Assembly (NCBI GenBank): GCA_903902075.1
Contig: CAIUTH010000322.1
Location: 1-40,904 of the forward strand
From: an uncultured Alphaproteobacteria bacterium
Lineage (GTDB): Bacteria > Pseudomonadota > Alphaproteobacteria > Micropepsales > Micropepsaceae
Reading direction: 5' to 3'
Length of the DNA stretch: 40,904 nucleotides
Shown here: piece by piece, positions 26,254 to 36,258 of the stretch
How the letters are laid out: each line of letters begins with the position of its first letter
Numbering within the stretch: the stretch's first letter is position 1
Position numbers and translations under genes: made by a program
Notes under the pieces: model-generated
What the model saw: only the letters and a program-made list of their open reading frames with translations
Databases searched by the model: none
Told to the model about the DNA's origin: nothing

Positions 26254-26332
26254 GGGAAATTCCTTCGGTTCGAAATTTGGCCGCAGCTTAGGGGGCTGCG
26301 TGCCCTCCGCCGCTGAATAAGGCGTAATTTAG

Positions 26333-26349
26333 ATGAACCGTGGATGAAT
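26333..26349 (-). promoter_or_regulatory. 11-bp-spaced direct repeat ATTCAT-N5-GTTCAT upstream of the Spy-like gene
   Basis: Plus strand ATGAAC 26333-26338 and ATGAAT 26344-26349; similar to the repeats at 36197-36235. Confidence 0.5.
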
Positions 26350-26381
26350 GGGGTCCGGGCGACGCCGAACCTGACAGCGAG

Positions 26382-26873
26382 TTAACGCGCCGCCCGCAGA
26401 TCGCGGATGGTCTTTTTGCCGTCGGCCGAGGGTTGGTAGACGTTGGTCATCTCGGTCAAGGCCCGCTGGAACATCTCGATCGTGAAATTGTCCGGCACTT
26501 CCCAGGCATCGAAGCCGACGCGGTGCTGGTAATTCACCTGGTCATAGAGGAAGTCGCCCACGGCGCGGATTTCGCCGGTAAAGCCCAAACGGGTGCGCAG
26601 AATGCGCGCCCAAGAGAGTGCGCGGCCGTCGCGGAATTTGGGAAACTCCAGCGAGATCAGCGCGAAGTGATGCACGTCCTGGCCCACCTGCTCGGGATTT
26701 TCGCTCGACTGCAGCCGAATGCCCACCGGCGTGTTGCGCGCCAGCAATGTGTCGCGATCCTTGTTGAAGCGCGCCAGCGACACCAGCACCGGTCCATCGG
26801 GCAGCGCGGCATCATCGGCCACGGGCGCATAGGCGTCCTGCGCGTAAGCGCCACTTTTGATCAGCTTGGTCAC
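26382..26873 (-). CDS. DUF934 protein (sulfite reductase associated)
   Basis: LEFPKFRDGR..S.ARILR.RLGF.GEIRAVGD...DQ....RVGFD. Confidence 0.93.
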   Translation of the reverse strand: MTKLIKSGAYAQDAYAPVADDAALPDGPVLVSLARFNKDRDTLLARNTPVGIRLQSSENPEQVGQDVHHFALISLEFPKFRDGRALSWARILRTRLGFTGEIRAVGDFLYDQVNYQHRVGFDAWEVPDNFTIEMFQRALTEMTNVYQPSADGKKTIRDLRAAR

Positions 26874-28549
26874 GCCGCGACTTTCCCGTAGGCGGCGTCC
26901 TTGAACGGCGCCATGCCCAGCCGGCGATAGGTGTCCAGGAAGCGTTCCCCGTCCTTGCGCTGGGCGATATAGACATTCACCACTCGCTCGACCGCGTCGG
27001 CGATTTCATGCTCGCCAAATCCGGGACCCATGATTTCCCCGATGCTGGCGTCTTCGGCGCCCGAACCGCCCAGCACCAGCTGGTAGAATTCCACGCCCTT
27101 CTTGTCGACACCCAGGATGCCGATATGGCCGGCATGGTGATGACCGCAGGCATTGATGCAGCCGGAAATCTTGATCTTCAGCTCGCCGATATCCTGCTGG
27201 CGGGCGAGGTTCTCGAATTTCCTGGCGATGCCTTGGGCGATGGGGATCGAACGCGCATTGGCCAAGTCGCAATAATCCAGCCCCGGGCAGGCGATGATGT
27301 CGGTGATAAGTCCGGCATTGGCCGAGGCGAAATCCAGTTCCTTCAGCCTGGCGAAGATCGCCGGCAAGTCCTTCTTGCGGACATGCGGCAGTACCAGATT
27401 CTGTTCGTGCGTCACCCGCACTTCGCCTAGGCTGAATTCATCCATCAGGTCGGCAATGGTGTCCATCTGGGCCGAGGTAGCGTCGCCCGGCACCTGGCCC
27501 GGCGTTTTCAGGGTGATGGTGGCGATGGCATAGCCCGGCGCGCGGTGCTTGCTCACATTGGTCTTCACCCAGTTGACGAAATCGGTGCCGGCTTGCGGCA
27601 TCTCGTCGGACAGGCCGGTCTCGAACTTGGGCGGCGCGAAATATGCGGTAATGCGGTCCAACTCTGCCTTGGGAAGCTGCAGGCTGCCGCGCGCCTTGAT
27701 CTCGGCAAACTCGACCATTACCTGGCGGCGCATCTCCTCGATGCCCAGACTGTTGGTCAGGATCTTGATGCGGGCCTTGTAGATATTGTCGCGCCGGCCC
27801 TGCTCGTTATAGACGCGCAGCACCGCTTCCATGAAGGAGAGGATGTCGTCCTTCTCCACAAAGTCGCCGATGACCTGGGCGATATAGGGCGTACGGCCCA
27901 TGCCGCCGCCGACAAGCACCTTGTAGCCGGTGCGGCCGGCTTCGTTCCTGACGATCTCCACCGCCATGTCGTGATACTTGAGCGCGGCGCGATCGTGCGG
28001 ACTGCCGCCCACGGCGATCTTGAACTTGCGCGGCAGGAAGACGAATTCCGGATGCAGGCTCGACCATTGCCGGATGATCTCGGCCAGCGGGCGGGGGTCC
28101 TCGATCTCATCGGCGGCGGCGCCGGCAAAATGATCGGCGGTCACGTTGCGGATGCAGTTGCCGGAGGTCTGGATGGCATGCATCTCCACGTCCGCTAGCT
28201 CGCGCAGGATGGCGGGCACGTCCACTAGCTTGATCCAGTTATATTGGATGTTCTGGCGGGTGGTGAAATGGCCGAAGTCCTTGTCATAGGTGCGGGCGAT
28301 GTGCGCCAGCTTGCGCATCTGCTTCGACGACAGGGTGCCGTAGGGCACCGCCACCCGCAGCATGTAGGCATGCAGCTGCAGGTACAGTCCGTTCATCAGG
28401 CGCAGCGGCTTGAACTGGTCTTCGGTCAGTTCGCCCTTCAGGCGCCGCTCGACCTGGCCGGCGAACTGCTCGACCCGCTCGCTGACAAAGCGCGCATCGA
28501 ACTCGTCATAGCGGTACATGTTGGGTTCGACTGGCTTGGGATTAAGCAT
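26870..28549 (-). CDS. cysI: Sulfite/nitrite reductase hemoprotein
   Basis: LRLMNGLYLQLHAYMLR, HFTTRQN, TSGNCIRN, LPRKFKIA; siroheme-FeS ligands ACPGLDYC and SGCINAC. Confidence 0.95.
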   Translation of the reverse strand: MLNPKPVEPNMYRYDEFDARFVSERVEQFAGQVERRLKGELTEDQFKPLRLMNGLYLQLHAYMLRVAVPYGTLSSKQMRKLAHIARTYDKDFGHFTTRQNIQYNWIKLVDVPAILRELADVEMHAIQTSGNCIRNVTADHFAGAAADEIEDPRPLAEIIRQWSSLHPEFVFLPRKFKIAVGGSPHDRAALKYHDMAVEIVRNEAGRTGYKVLVGGGMGRTPYIAQVIGDFVEKDDILSFMEAVLRVYNEQGRRDNIYKARIKILTNSLGIEEMRRQVMVEFAEIKARGSLQLPKAELDRITAYFAPPKFETGLSDEMPQAGTDFVNWVKTNVSKHRAPGYAIATITLKTPGQVPGDATSAQMDTIADLMDEFSLGEVRVTHEQNLVLPHVRKKDLPAIFARLKELDFASANAGLITDIIACPGLDYCDLANARSIPIAQGIARKFENLARQQDIGELKIKISGCINACGHHHAGHIGILGVDKKGVEFYQLVLGGSGAEDASIGEIMGPGFGEHEIADAVERVVNVYIAQRKDGERFLDTYRRLGMAPFKDAAYGKVAA

Positions 28550-28859
28550 TGATCTGGCCTGCCTGCTTGCCGGTATGGGGGTGCACCGTGGGACCGGCGG
28601 CGCGGATAATCTCCCGTTCCTTCACCGGCACGATCTTCCCGCTCGTATCGCGCACTTCGAACAGATAGGGCGCGACGAATTCATTACGTGTAAGTTCGGC
28701 GGTTGCCGCGGCCAGGGCGGCGTCGGCGCTGGCCGGATCGCGATAGACGTCGGCATCCGCAAGCATCGCCACCCAGCCGCTGCCCTTGCGGTACAGCACA
28801 TCGCCATCGCGCAGGCGATTGGCAGTGAGCATCTGGGGACCTTGGTTCTGGTGGGCCAT
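28542..28859 (-). CDS. DUF2849 protein
   Basis: LTANRLRDGDVLY, V.PY, RE.IRA.GPTV; directly upstream of cysI. Confidence 0.9.
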   Translation of the reverse strand: MAHQNQGPQMLTANRLRDGDVLYRKGSGWVAMLADADVYRDPASADAALAAATAELTRNEFVAPYLFEVRDTSGKIVPVKEREIIRAAGPTVHPHTGKQAGQINA

Positions 28860-28999
28860 GGGCGCGCAAAAACCACTTCCGGCCCCTGAAATCAAGACTT
28901 CAACATGACGTGGCTGTAGTTTCCTAAAAACAACAAGAAATATTTGTATTATATAGTCAGGTATCCCGGGCATTATCGGGAAAACGGGGGATTCTCAGC

Positions 29000-30247
29000 G
29001 TGCCGCCAAAACCACTCAGCCTGCCGCACCTTGGCGCCGTGGTGGCCGGAAACGCCTTGGAATTCTACGACTTCCTCACCTTCAGCTTTTTTGCGGTCCA
29101 GATCGGGCAGGTCTTCTTTCCTGGCAAGGACACCACCAGCAGCCTGCTGTTCACCCTGGCAACCTTCGGCGTGGGCTTTGCCACCCGTCCCCTGGGCGGG
29201 GTGGTGATCGGGACCCTGGGCGACACCTGGGGCCGCAAACCCGCCATGCTGTTTTCCTTTGGCCTGATGGGCTTCTCCGTTGTGGGGCTGGCGCTGACGC
29301 CGTCCTATGCCAGCATCGGCTGGTACGCGCCGCTGCTGGCGGTGCTGTTCCGGCTGCTGCAGGGATTTGCGCTGGGCGGCGAAGTGGGGCCGACCACGTC
29401 TTTCCTGCTGGAAGTGGCGCCGCCCCATCGCCGCGGCCTCTACACCTCGCTGCAAAGCGCCACCCAGTATCTTGCCACTCTGGCGGCAGGCGTCGTCGGC
29501 CTGATCCTGGCCAGCATCCTGTCGCCGCAGCAGCTGACGGATTTTGGCTGGCGCATCGCGCTGTTGATTGGCGCCGCGGTGGTGCCATTCGCGCTGGTGA
29601 TCCGCCGGCGCTTGCCTGAAACCCTGCACGACGTGCGCGCGCGCCCCGGCAGGAACAAGGTGGGCGGGCTGTTGTGGCTGAGTGTGCTGGGCCTTGGCAT
29701 GCTGGCATCCGCCACCATCGGCACCTACACGATGAATTACATGACCACCTTCGCCAATCGCACCTTAGGGTTTCCGGCGGCCTGGTCTTTTGCGGCCACC
29801 ATTGTGGTGGGCGCGGCTGCCATGTGCGGTGCGCTGCTGAATGGTATCATCAGCGACAGGATAGGCCGCAAGCCGGTGATGATCGGCGCCAGCCTTGCGC
29901 TGCTGGTCCTAGTGGTACCTTGTTTCAGCATGATGGTGCACTACCATTCCCTGGCGGCGCTGCTGGCCGGCACCGCGGTGATGGCGCTGTTCGTGGGTAT
30001 GAGCGCCGCGGGCGCGATACTCAGCCTGACGGAAAGCCTGCCGGTAAACTTGCGCGCCGGATCGCTGGGCATCGTCTATGCCCTGGCCATCGCCAGCTTT
30101 GGCGGCACGGCGCAGTTCGTTGTCACCTGGCTGATCGATGTTACCGGCTCGCCCCTGGCGCCGGCCTGGTACATGACCGGCGCGGTGGCGCTGGGCCTGG
30201 CGGCGATGCTGATGATGCGCGAGAGCGCGCCAATCAAGATTCGATAA
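29000..30247 (+). CDS. MFS transporter, metabolite:H+ symporter family
   Basis: GNALEFYDF, RPLGG...G..GD..GRK, RLLQGFALGGE, SDRIGRKP. Confidence 0.95.
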   Translation: MPPKPLSLPHLGAVVAGNALEFYDFLTFSFFAVQIGQVFFPGKDTTSSLLFTLATFGVGFATRPLGGVVIGTLGDTWGRKPAMLFSFGLMGFSVVGLALTPSYASIGWYAPLLAVLFRLLQGFALGGEVGPTTSFLLEVAPPHRRGLYTSLQSATQYLATLAAGVVGLILASILSPQQLTDFGWRIALLIGAAVVPFALVIRRRLPETLHDVRARPGRNKVGGLLWLSVLGLGMLASATIGTYTMNYMTTFANRTLGFPAAWSFAATIVVGAAAMCGALLNGIISDRIGRKPVMIGASLALLVLVVPCFSMMVHYHSLAALLAGTAVMALFVGMSAAGAILSLTESLPVNLRAGSLGIVYALAIASFGGTAQFVVTWLIDVTGSPLAPAWYMTGAVALGLAAMLMMRESAPIKIR

Positions 30248-30249
30248 GT

Positions 30250-31032
30250 TCAAGACGCGCTGATCGCGCTTTCGTGCCAGCGCCGCAGTAGCCACCATTC
30301 CAGGAACGACAGGGCGGCGAAGATCATCACGCCGGTCAGCGCCAGCAGCGCCAGCGCAGCAAACAAGGTTGCGATCTCCAGCCGGTTGCCCGATTCCACG
30401 ATCCGCCAGGCCAGCCCGGTGGCGGTGCCGGAACCCGCCACGAATTCCGCCACCACCGCGCCGATCAGCGCAAGGCCGCCTGCCGTCTTCATGCCGGACA
30501 ACAGATAGGGCAAGGCGTTGGGCAGGCGGATGCGCCACAGGGTCTGCAGGCGTGATGCGCCATACAGCCGGGTCAGGTCGATCAAATTGAAGTCGGCGCT
30601 TTTCAGGCCCAGCGTTGCGCCGGCCAGGATGGGGAAGAAGGCGACGATGGTGGCGATGATAACCAAAGCGAGGTTGATGCGCTCGAAGCCCACCCAAATC
30701 AGGATCAAAGGCGCGATGGCGACCACTGGCGTTACCTGCAGGATCACCGCATAGGGATAAAGCGTGCGCTCCAGCAGCCGGCTCTGGGAAAATGCGGTGG
30801 CGGTGGCAATGCCGAGAACGCAGGCGGCAACGAAAGCTTCCAGGGTGACGGCGAGGGTGGAAGCCAGCGCTTCCATCAGCGAACCGAAGTTGTCGGCGAA
30901 GGCCCTGGCGATGGCCGATGGCGCGGGCAGGACATAGGCCGGCACCTGCCAATGCGCCACAGCCGCTTCCCAGGCGCCCAGAAGAAACGCGGCGACAGCC
31001 AGCGGCAGGAGGAAGTCTGCGAGTCGTCTCAT
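30250..31032 (-). CDS. ABC transporter permease (NitT/TauT family)
   Basis: [40 protein letters not shown]. Confidence 0.93.
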   Translation of the reverse strand: MRRLADFLLPLAVAAFLLGAWEAAVAHWQVPAYVLPAPSAIARAFADNFGSLMEALASTLAVTLEAFVAACVLGIATATAFSQSRLLERTLYPYAVILQVTPVVAIAPLILIWVGFERINLALVIIATIVAFFPILAGATLGLKSADFNLIDLTRLYGASRLQTLWRIRLPNALPYLLSGMKTAGGLALIGAVVAEFVAGSGTATGLAWRIVESGNRLEIATLFAALALLALTGVMIFAALSFLEWWLLRRWHESAISAS

Positions 31033-31751
31033 GCGGCGATCGCCGTATTCAGCGCCCCGCTAATGAAGCGTTGAGCCTCGATGGTGACGGGCGAAAGGCG
31101 GCTGTCGCGGCCACTCGCCAAAGCAATGTCGGCGGTGATGCGGCCGGGGCGCGATGTCATGACCAGCACGCGCTGCGACAGGTAGCTGCTTTCACTGACG
31201 CTGTGGGTGACGAACAAGACCGTCAGCCCGTCTTCGCGCCACAGTTTCAGCAGATCATCGCCCAGCGTGTTGCGGGTGATCTCGTCCAGTGCCGCAAAAG
31301 GCTCGTCCAGCAGCAGCAGTTGCGGCTGGGCCGCCAGCGCGCGGGCGATGGACACGCGCATCTTCATGCCGCCGGACAACTCGCGGGGATAGGCGCGCTC
31401 GAATCCGGCCAGGCCTACGCGCGCCAGCGCCGCAACGGCGCACGCATCGGCCTGTTCACGTGGCACGCGCTTCAGGTCCAGGGGCAACCGCGCATTGGTC
31501 ATGGCGTCGGCCCAGGGCATCAAGGTGTGATCCTGGAAGACAAAGCCGATTTGCGGTTTGCCATCCGCGCAGGTGACGGTGCCCGCATCTGGTGTCAGCA
31601 AGCCCGCCGCCAGGCGCAACGCCGTGGACTTGCCGCAGCCGCTGGGGCCCAGCAGCGAAACGAATTCGCCGCGTCCGACCGTGAAGGAAAGATCGTTCAG
31701 CGCCTGGACACCATTGGGGAAACGCTTGGCGATGCCCGAAAGCGCGATCAT
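31029..31751 (-). CDS. ABC transporter ATP-binding protein (NitT/TauT family)
   Basis: [27 protein letters not shown]. Confidence 0.96.
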   Translation of the reverse strand: MIALSGIAKRFPNGVQALNDLSFTVGRGEFVSLLGPSGCGKSTALRLAAGLLTPDAGTVTCADGKPQIGFVFQDHTLMPWADAMTNARLPLDLKRVPREQADACAVAALARVGLAGFERAYPRELSGGMKMRVSIARALAAQPQLLLLDEPFAALDEITRNTLGDDLLKLWREDGLTVLFVTHSVSESSYLSQRVLVMTSRPGRITADIALASGRDSRLSPVTIEAQRFISGALNTAIAA

Positions 31752-32731
31752 TGAAACTTCTGCAGGGTGGCGCGCACAAAGCTGAGGTCATAGGCCTTGG
31801 TGTAATCCAGGCCCTTGGGGTAAATGTCTTCCGCCGCCATGGTGTCGTAGAAGCGCTTCCACTGCACCTGGGTCATGCTGCCCAGGCCGAAGGCGCGGCC
31901 ATCGCCGCTCAGAATCATTTCATGCTCCTTCATCTTGTCCAGCGCCTGTTTCAGGATGGCGTCGGTGATGTCGGGATTCTGCTTCTTGATCAGTGCGTTT
32001 CCTTTGGCCGGATCGTCCAGGTAATGCAGCCAGCCGTCGCGCGTGGCGTCCACGAAGGCCTGCACCGTCTTGCGGTCGGTATCGATCCACTTTTGCGGCA
32101 CCAGCACCATGTTGGCATAGCCAGGATAACCGTAGTCGGAGAGCAGGAAGATCTTGGGCGTGAAATGCGCCTGTTGCTGCACCGTGAAGGGCTCGCTGGT
32201 GAGATAGCCTTCCTGGATGGCGTTGGGGTCCTGGATGAAGGGTGCCAGGTTGTAGGTGTATTTGCGGATCTGCTTGTCGCTGAAACCGAATTTGGCGCGC
32301 AGCCAGGGCCAGAAGGCGCTCATGGTGGCGGACGACACCAGCACCGGCTTGCCGCGCATGTCCGCCAGCGAATTGATGTCCCGGCGCGGATGCGACATCA
32401 GCACCTGCGGGTCCTTCTGGAAGATCGCCATCACCGCGCGCACCGGCACGCCGGTCCGCACCATGTTCAAGGAGATAAAGCTGTTGGAGCCCATGCCGAA
32501 ATCAGCGGCGCCGCCGGCCAGCAGCTGGGGCACATTCACATCGGGTCCGCCCTGGATGATCTTCACGTCCAGCCCGCGCTTGGCATAAAGCCCTTCGGCC
32601 AGCGCCTGGTAGAAGCCGCCATGCTCAGCTTGCGCCTTCCAGTCGGTGACGAAACGGACGGTAGTGGCTGCCGCGGCGGGCTGTAGCAATGCGGCGAGTA
32701 TCGCGAAGGAAAGAAAGGTGCGGCGGATCAT
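31748..32731 (-). CDS. ABC substrate-binding protein (NMT1/THI5-like)
   Basis: Signal peptide; [12 protein letters not shown]...G.Y...GLDV.I..GGP, FQKDP, GY.TSEP. Confidence 0.92.
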   Translation of the reverse strand: MIRRTFLSFAILAALLQPAAAATTVRFVTDWKAQAEHGGFYQALAEGLYAKRGLDVKIIQGGPDVNVPQLLAGGAADFGMGSNSFISLNMVRTGVPVRAVMAIFQKDPQVLMSHPRRDINSLADMRGKPVLVSSATMSAFWPWLRAKFGFSDKQIRKYTYNLAPFIQDPNAIQEGYLTSEPFTVQQQAHFTPKIFLLSDYGYPGYANMVLVPQKWIDTDRKTVQAFVDATRDGWLHYLDDPAKGNALIKKQNPDITDAILKQALDKMKEHEMILSGDGRAFGLGSMTQVQWKRFYDTMAAEDIYPKGLDYTKAYDLSFVRATLQKFQ

Positions 32732-32752
32732 GCCCGCCTTATAGCACGACTA

Positions 32753-34822
32753 CTACCGCCCGGAATCCCGGCGCGGAGGGGGCGGGGCTTCTTCATCGTC
32801 GTCGCTGCTGCCGAACAGCCAGCCCAGCAAGCCGCCGCGATGGCGCCGTTCGGGCGCGCGGGGCTCGGGCTCCTGGGCGGGTAGGTCGGTCGGGGGGGCG
32901 ACGATTCTTTCATCGTCACGCCCATCCCACACCGCGCCTGACGCCATCAGTTCGGTGTCTTCCGGCGGCGGCTCGACCGACTTGTCCAGCGCCTTCAGCG
33001 GCAGGCCCTGTTCGGCCGCCAGCATGGTGTCGCGCCAGATGAAGGCGGGCAGGGTGCCGCCGGTGACGCCGCGGGTGGGCGAGGAATCGTCATTGCCCAC
33101 CCAGGCGGCGGCGACATAATCGGTGGTGAAGCCCACGAACCAGGCGTCATGGGAATCCTGGGTGGTACCGGTCTTGCCGGCGGCCTCGCGGCCATGCAGC
33201 GAGGCATAGCCGCCGGTGCCGTTGATCACCACCCGGTACAGCATGGCGGTCAGGTCGCGGTTCACGCTTTGCTCGATGACACGCTGGGGCGGCGGGGCAT
33301 GCCGCACGAAGACCGTCCTGGTGCCGATATCCACCTGCGTCACCAGATAGGGCGAGACGTGAAAGCCGCCGTTGGCGAAGGCGGCATAGGCGGCGGTCAA
33401 TTCCAGCGGCGTCACTTCGGCGGTGCCCAGCGCCAAGCTGGCATTGGCCTGCAGCGGCGAGGTGATGCCCACGCGCTTGGCGGCGGCGATCACGTTGCGG
33501 ATGCCGACTTCCTGCGCCAGGTTCACGGTGATGGTGTTGACGCTGTGCGCCAGCGCGTCGGCCAATGTCAGGGTGCCATAACTCTTGCCGCCGAAATTGG
33601 TGGGGCGATAGCCGCCGATATCCACCGCTTCATCATCGCGGGTTTCCCAGGGCGTGATGCCGGCTTCCAGCGCCGCCAGATAGACAAAGGGCTTGAAGGC
33701 CGAGCCGGGCTGGCGATGCGCCTGGGTGACGCGGTTGAACACCGAATCCAGGTAATCCACGCCGCCGATCATGGCGCTGACCGCGCCATCGGGTTTCATC
33801 ACCACCACCGCCGCTTCGGATGTGCGGGTTTTCTTGCCCGATTTGTTCAGGGTGCGCAGGGCGGCCAGCCGCGCCGCCTCCTGGATTTTCGGCTCCAGCG
33901 TTGTGTGCACTATCATGTCGGCGCTGGGCGCCACCCCGTTCACCGTCGCCATTTTCGTGGCCTCGTCGGCGGCGGTATCCAGGAAATAGTTGCGCGCATC
34001 TGTGCCGGCACGGTCGGTGATGGCGGCCGGATGGGCACGCGCCTCGGCGGCCTGGGCTTCGGTGATGGCGCCATTGTTCACCATCGAGTCCAGCACCAGG
34101 CTGGCGCGCTGCTGGGCGCGGAGCAGATCGCGGCGCGGCGAGAAGACCGACGGGGCGCGCGTCAGGGTCGCCAGCATGGCGGCCTGGGCCAATGTCAGTT
34201 GCTTCGCGCTGGTGCCGAAATAGACGCGCGAGGCGCCGTCCACGCCATAGGCGCCGCTGCCCAGGTAAATGCGGTTGAGATAGAGCTGCAGGATCTGCTG
34301 CTTGGTCAGGGTCTTTTCCAGGCCCGCCGCATCGATCAGTTCGGTCAACTTGCGCGACATGGTGCGCTGCTGCTGGGTGTAGACGATCTTGGCGGTCTGC
34401 TGGCTGATGGTGGAGCCGCCCGCCACCCAGTGGCGCGCGCGCAGGTCCAGCAGCAAGGCGCGGCCCAGGCCCAGGGGATCGATGCCGTTGTGATAGTAGA
34501 AGCGGCGATCCTCCATCGCGATGAAGGCGGCGGGCAGATAGGCCGGCATTTCCTCCAGCTTCAGCCGCTGGCCCACAATGGCGCCGCGATGGCCGACATC
34601 GTTGCCGGCCGCGTCCAGGAAGGTGAAGGCCAGCGGACGGTTGACGGCATACAGGTCAATCGCGGGATCAAGGCGGGGCGCAAAAAGCCCCAGCACCAGC
34701 GGCGTCAGGTAAAGCAGCGCCAACGGCACCGCGAGGATCGCCATGATGATGGCGAAAGCCGGGCCATAGGGCTCGGCGGCTTTAGCAAGCCGGCGCAGAT
34801 CGTCATTGTCGGGAAGCGGCAT
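32753..34822 (-). CDS. Class A penicillin-binding protein (PBP1A family)
   Basis: Transglycosylase EDRRFY.H.G, GGSTISQQ.AK, RKL.E, YLN.IY.G; transpeptidase SAFK, SVN, KTG. Confidence 0.96.
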   Translation of the reverse strand: MPLPDNDDLRRLAKAAEPYGPAFAIIMAILAVPLALLYLTPLVLGLFAPRLDPAIDLYAVNRPLAFTFLDAAGNDVGHRGAIVGQRLKLEEMPAYLPAAFIAMEDRRFYYHNGIDPLGLGRALLLDLRARHWVAGGSTISQQTAKIVYTQQQRTMSRKLTELIDAAGLEKTLTKQQILQLYLNRIYLGSGAYGVDGASRVYFGTSAKQLTLAQAAMLATLTRAPSVFSPRRDLLRAQQRASLVLDSMVNNGAITEAQAAEARAHPAAITDRAGTDARNYFLDTAADEATKMATVNGVAPSADMIVHTTLEPKIQEAARLAALRTLNKSGKKTRTSEAAVVVMKPDGAVSAMIGGVDYLDSVFNRVTQAHRQPGSAFKPFVYLAALEAGITPWETRDDEAVDIGGYRPTNFGGKSYGTLTLADALAHSVNTITVNLAQEVGIRNVIAAAKRVGITSPLQANASLALGTAEVTPLELTAAYAAFANGGFHVSPYLVTQVDIGTRTVFVRHAPPPQRVIEQSVNRDLTAMLYRVVINGTGGYASLHGREAAGKTGTTQDSHDAWFVGFTTDYVAAAWVGNDDSSPTRGVTGGTLPAFIWRDTMLAAEQGLPLKALDKSVEPPPEDTELMASGAVWDGRDDERIVAPPTDLPAQEPEPRAPERRHRGGLLGWLFGSSDDDEEAPPPPRRDSGR

Positions 34823-34907
34823 AGGGCGGATAGCTGACCGATATTTGCGGCGGATTCAAGGTGCGGGGGCAGCGCGGCCATGCCAAGATTGCGCCATGTG
34901 GGACGGC

Positions 34908-35477
34908 ATGACCTTGATTCCGGGGCGGGAATGCGGCCCCTGCACCGTCTGTTGCACGGCGCCGTCCATTAACAAGCCGGAAATCCAGAAACTGTCAGGT
35001 GCGGCTTGCCGCCATTGCGACGGCGGGGGCTGCGCCATCTATGACAGCCGCCCGCCAGTGTGCCGCGCCTTTTATTGTGCCTGGCGGACGGTGGATATTT
35101 TCGGCGAGGACTGGCGGCCCGACAAATCGGGCGTGCTGGCCTATGTCGAGACCGAAGGCATCAGCGAAGACTTCGATCTTTCCACCGGCATCGGCCTGAT
35201 GCTGGTGGCCAATCCGCTAAAGACCGTGCGGCAAAGATGGTTCCAGGATTTCGTTGTCACCGGCGTGACCAGCTCGATACCTCTGTTCCTGTCGCTGCCG
35301 GGCCCCCGCGGCTATCAGGCGGCGACGGTGTCGCTCAACACCGAGCAGATGCTGGACGCGATCGCGCGCGGTACGGTGAAAGACGGTCTGGAAGCGGCGC
35401 TGAAGATTTTGCGCGGATGGGATTTCCAGCCGGCGGCGATCACCCATACCGGCAATGATGTCAGCACGCCGGGCTAG
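34908..35477 (+). CDS. Cys-rich YkgJ-like (Zn/Fe-S cluster) protein
   Basis: RECGPCTVCC...CRHC...GCAIYDSRP.VC..F.C.W, WRPD.SG. Confidence 0.85.
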   Translation: MTLIPGRECGPCTVCCTAPSINKPEIQKLSGAACRHCDGGGCAIYDSRPPVCRAFYCAWRTVDIFGEDWRPDKSGVLAYVETEGISEDFDLSTGIGLMLVANPLKTVRQRWFQDFVVTGVTSSIPLFLSLPGPRGYQAATVSLNTEQMLDAIARGTVKDGLEAALKILRGWDFQPAAITHTGNDVSTPG

Positions 35478-35665
35478 CCTGTGGCCTTGGCCTTGCGTGC
35501 GGCCATGATGCGCATCAGCTGGTTGCGGATGGAGCTGCCGCTCAGTTGGCCGCTTTCGGCATAGCCTTCGGCCTTCAACTGCTTGCGGATGGCATTGAGG
35601 CTTTCGCATTTGCCTTCTTCGGCCAGAGCGAAAGCGCGCTCCATGCAGGTCGGACGGTCGATCAT
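35474..35665 (-). CDS. Small hypothetical protein
   Basis: T.MERAF.LA..G.C......QLKAEGY....L.G....QL pattern of small alphaproteobacterial proteins. Confidence 0.75.
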   Translation of the reverse strand: MIDRPTCMERAFALAEEGKCESLNAIRKQLKAEGYAESGQLSGSSIRNQLMRIMAARKAKATG

Positions 35666-35706
35666 TCCGCACCATACGCGCATCCCATCCATATCCCTAA
35701 CGCGAC

Positions 35707-35742
35707 AAAAAAGAAGCCCCGCATCTTGCGATGCGGGGCTTC
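35707..35742 (-). terminator. Intrinsic terminator
   Basis: Minus strand GAAGCCCCGCATC-GCAA-GATGCGGGGCTTC-TTTTTT. Confidence 0.9.
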
Positions 35743-35802
35743 CCTTGACGCTTGGGGCCCTATGGGGAGGGGCATACCACGGGCCTTACGCCCCAAGACT
35801 GG

Positions 35803-36129
35803 TTAGAGGCGGAGCACCCGCAGCACTTCGCCGCTACGGGGGTCCACATGGACGATGAGCGGGCGTCCGAAACGATTCTCGGCGCGCACAACCATGTGAC
35901 CGCGAAAGAAGGTGGGTTCGCTCACCATCCTGAGGCCGCGGAAGCGCAGGGCTTCTGCAACGCGATGGTTGACGCGATAGGGCGCGAAGCCGCGATCAAC
36001 CCGCTCATAGCGGTGCCAGGCGCGGTTGTCGTGACGATCCCAATAGGGCTGGGCGCTGGCGCCGCCAATGCCGGCGGCTGCAAGGATCGCCAAAGACGCT
36101 GCTGCCAGAATGTTTTTCGTGCTAAACAT
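35803..36129 (-). CDS. Secreted PepSY-like protein
   Basis: Signal peptide MFSTKNILAAASLAILAAAGIGGASA; C-terminal V.A..R.G....V.VDP.SGEVL; RBS AAGGAG. Confidence 0.82.
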   Translation of the reverse strand: MFSTKNILAAASLAILAAAGIGGASAQPYWDRHDNRAWHRYERVDRGFAPYRVNHRVAEALRFRGLRMVSEPTFFRGHMVVRAENRFGRPLIVHVDPRSGEVLRVLRL

Positions 36130-36196
36130 GTTCGTCTCCTTCATCACATTGGGCGGATCAATTGCCGTCCATGAGGCGTACCCTAGGGGTGGCAAA

Positions 36197-36235
36197 CTGA
36201 ACCGGGTCTGGACGCCGGGTTCATTCGCGGTTCAT
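36197..36235. promoter_or_regulatory. Two back-to-back direct-repeat pairs in a divergent promoter
   Basis: CTGAAC 36197, CTGGAC 36208, GTTCAT 36219, GTTCAT 36230: exact 11-bp phasing. Confidence 0.65.
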
Positions 36236-36258
36236 GTTCCAAGACGTACAAAACACCC

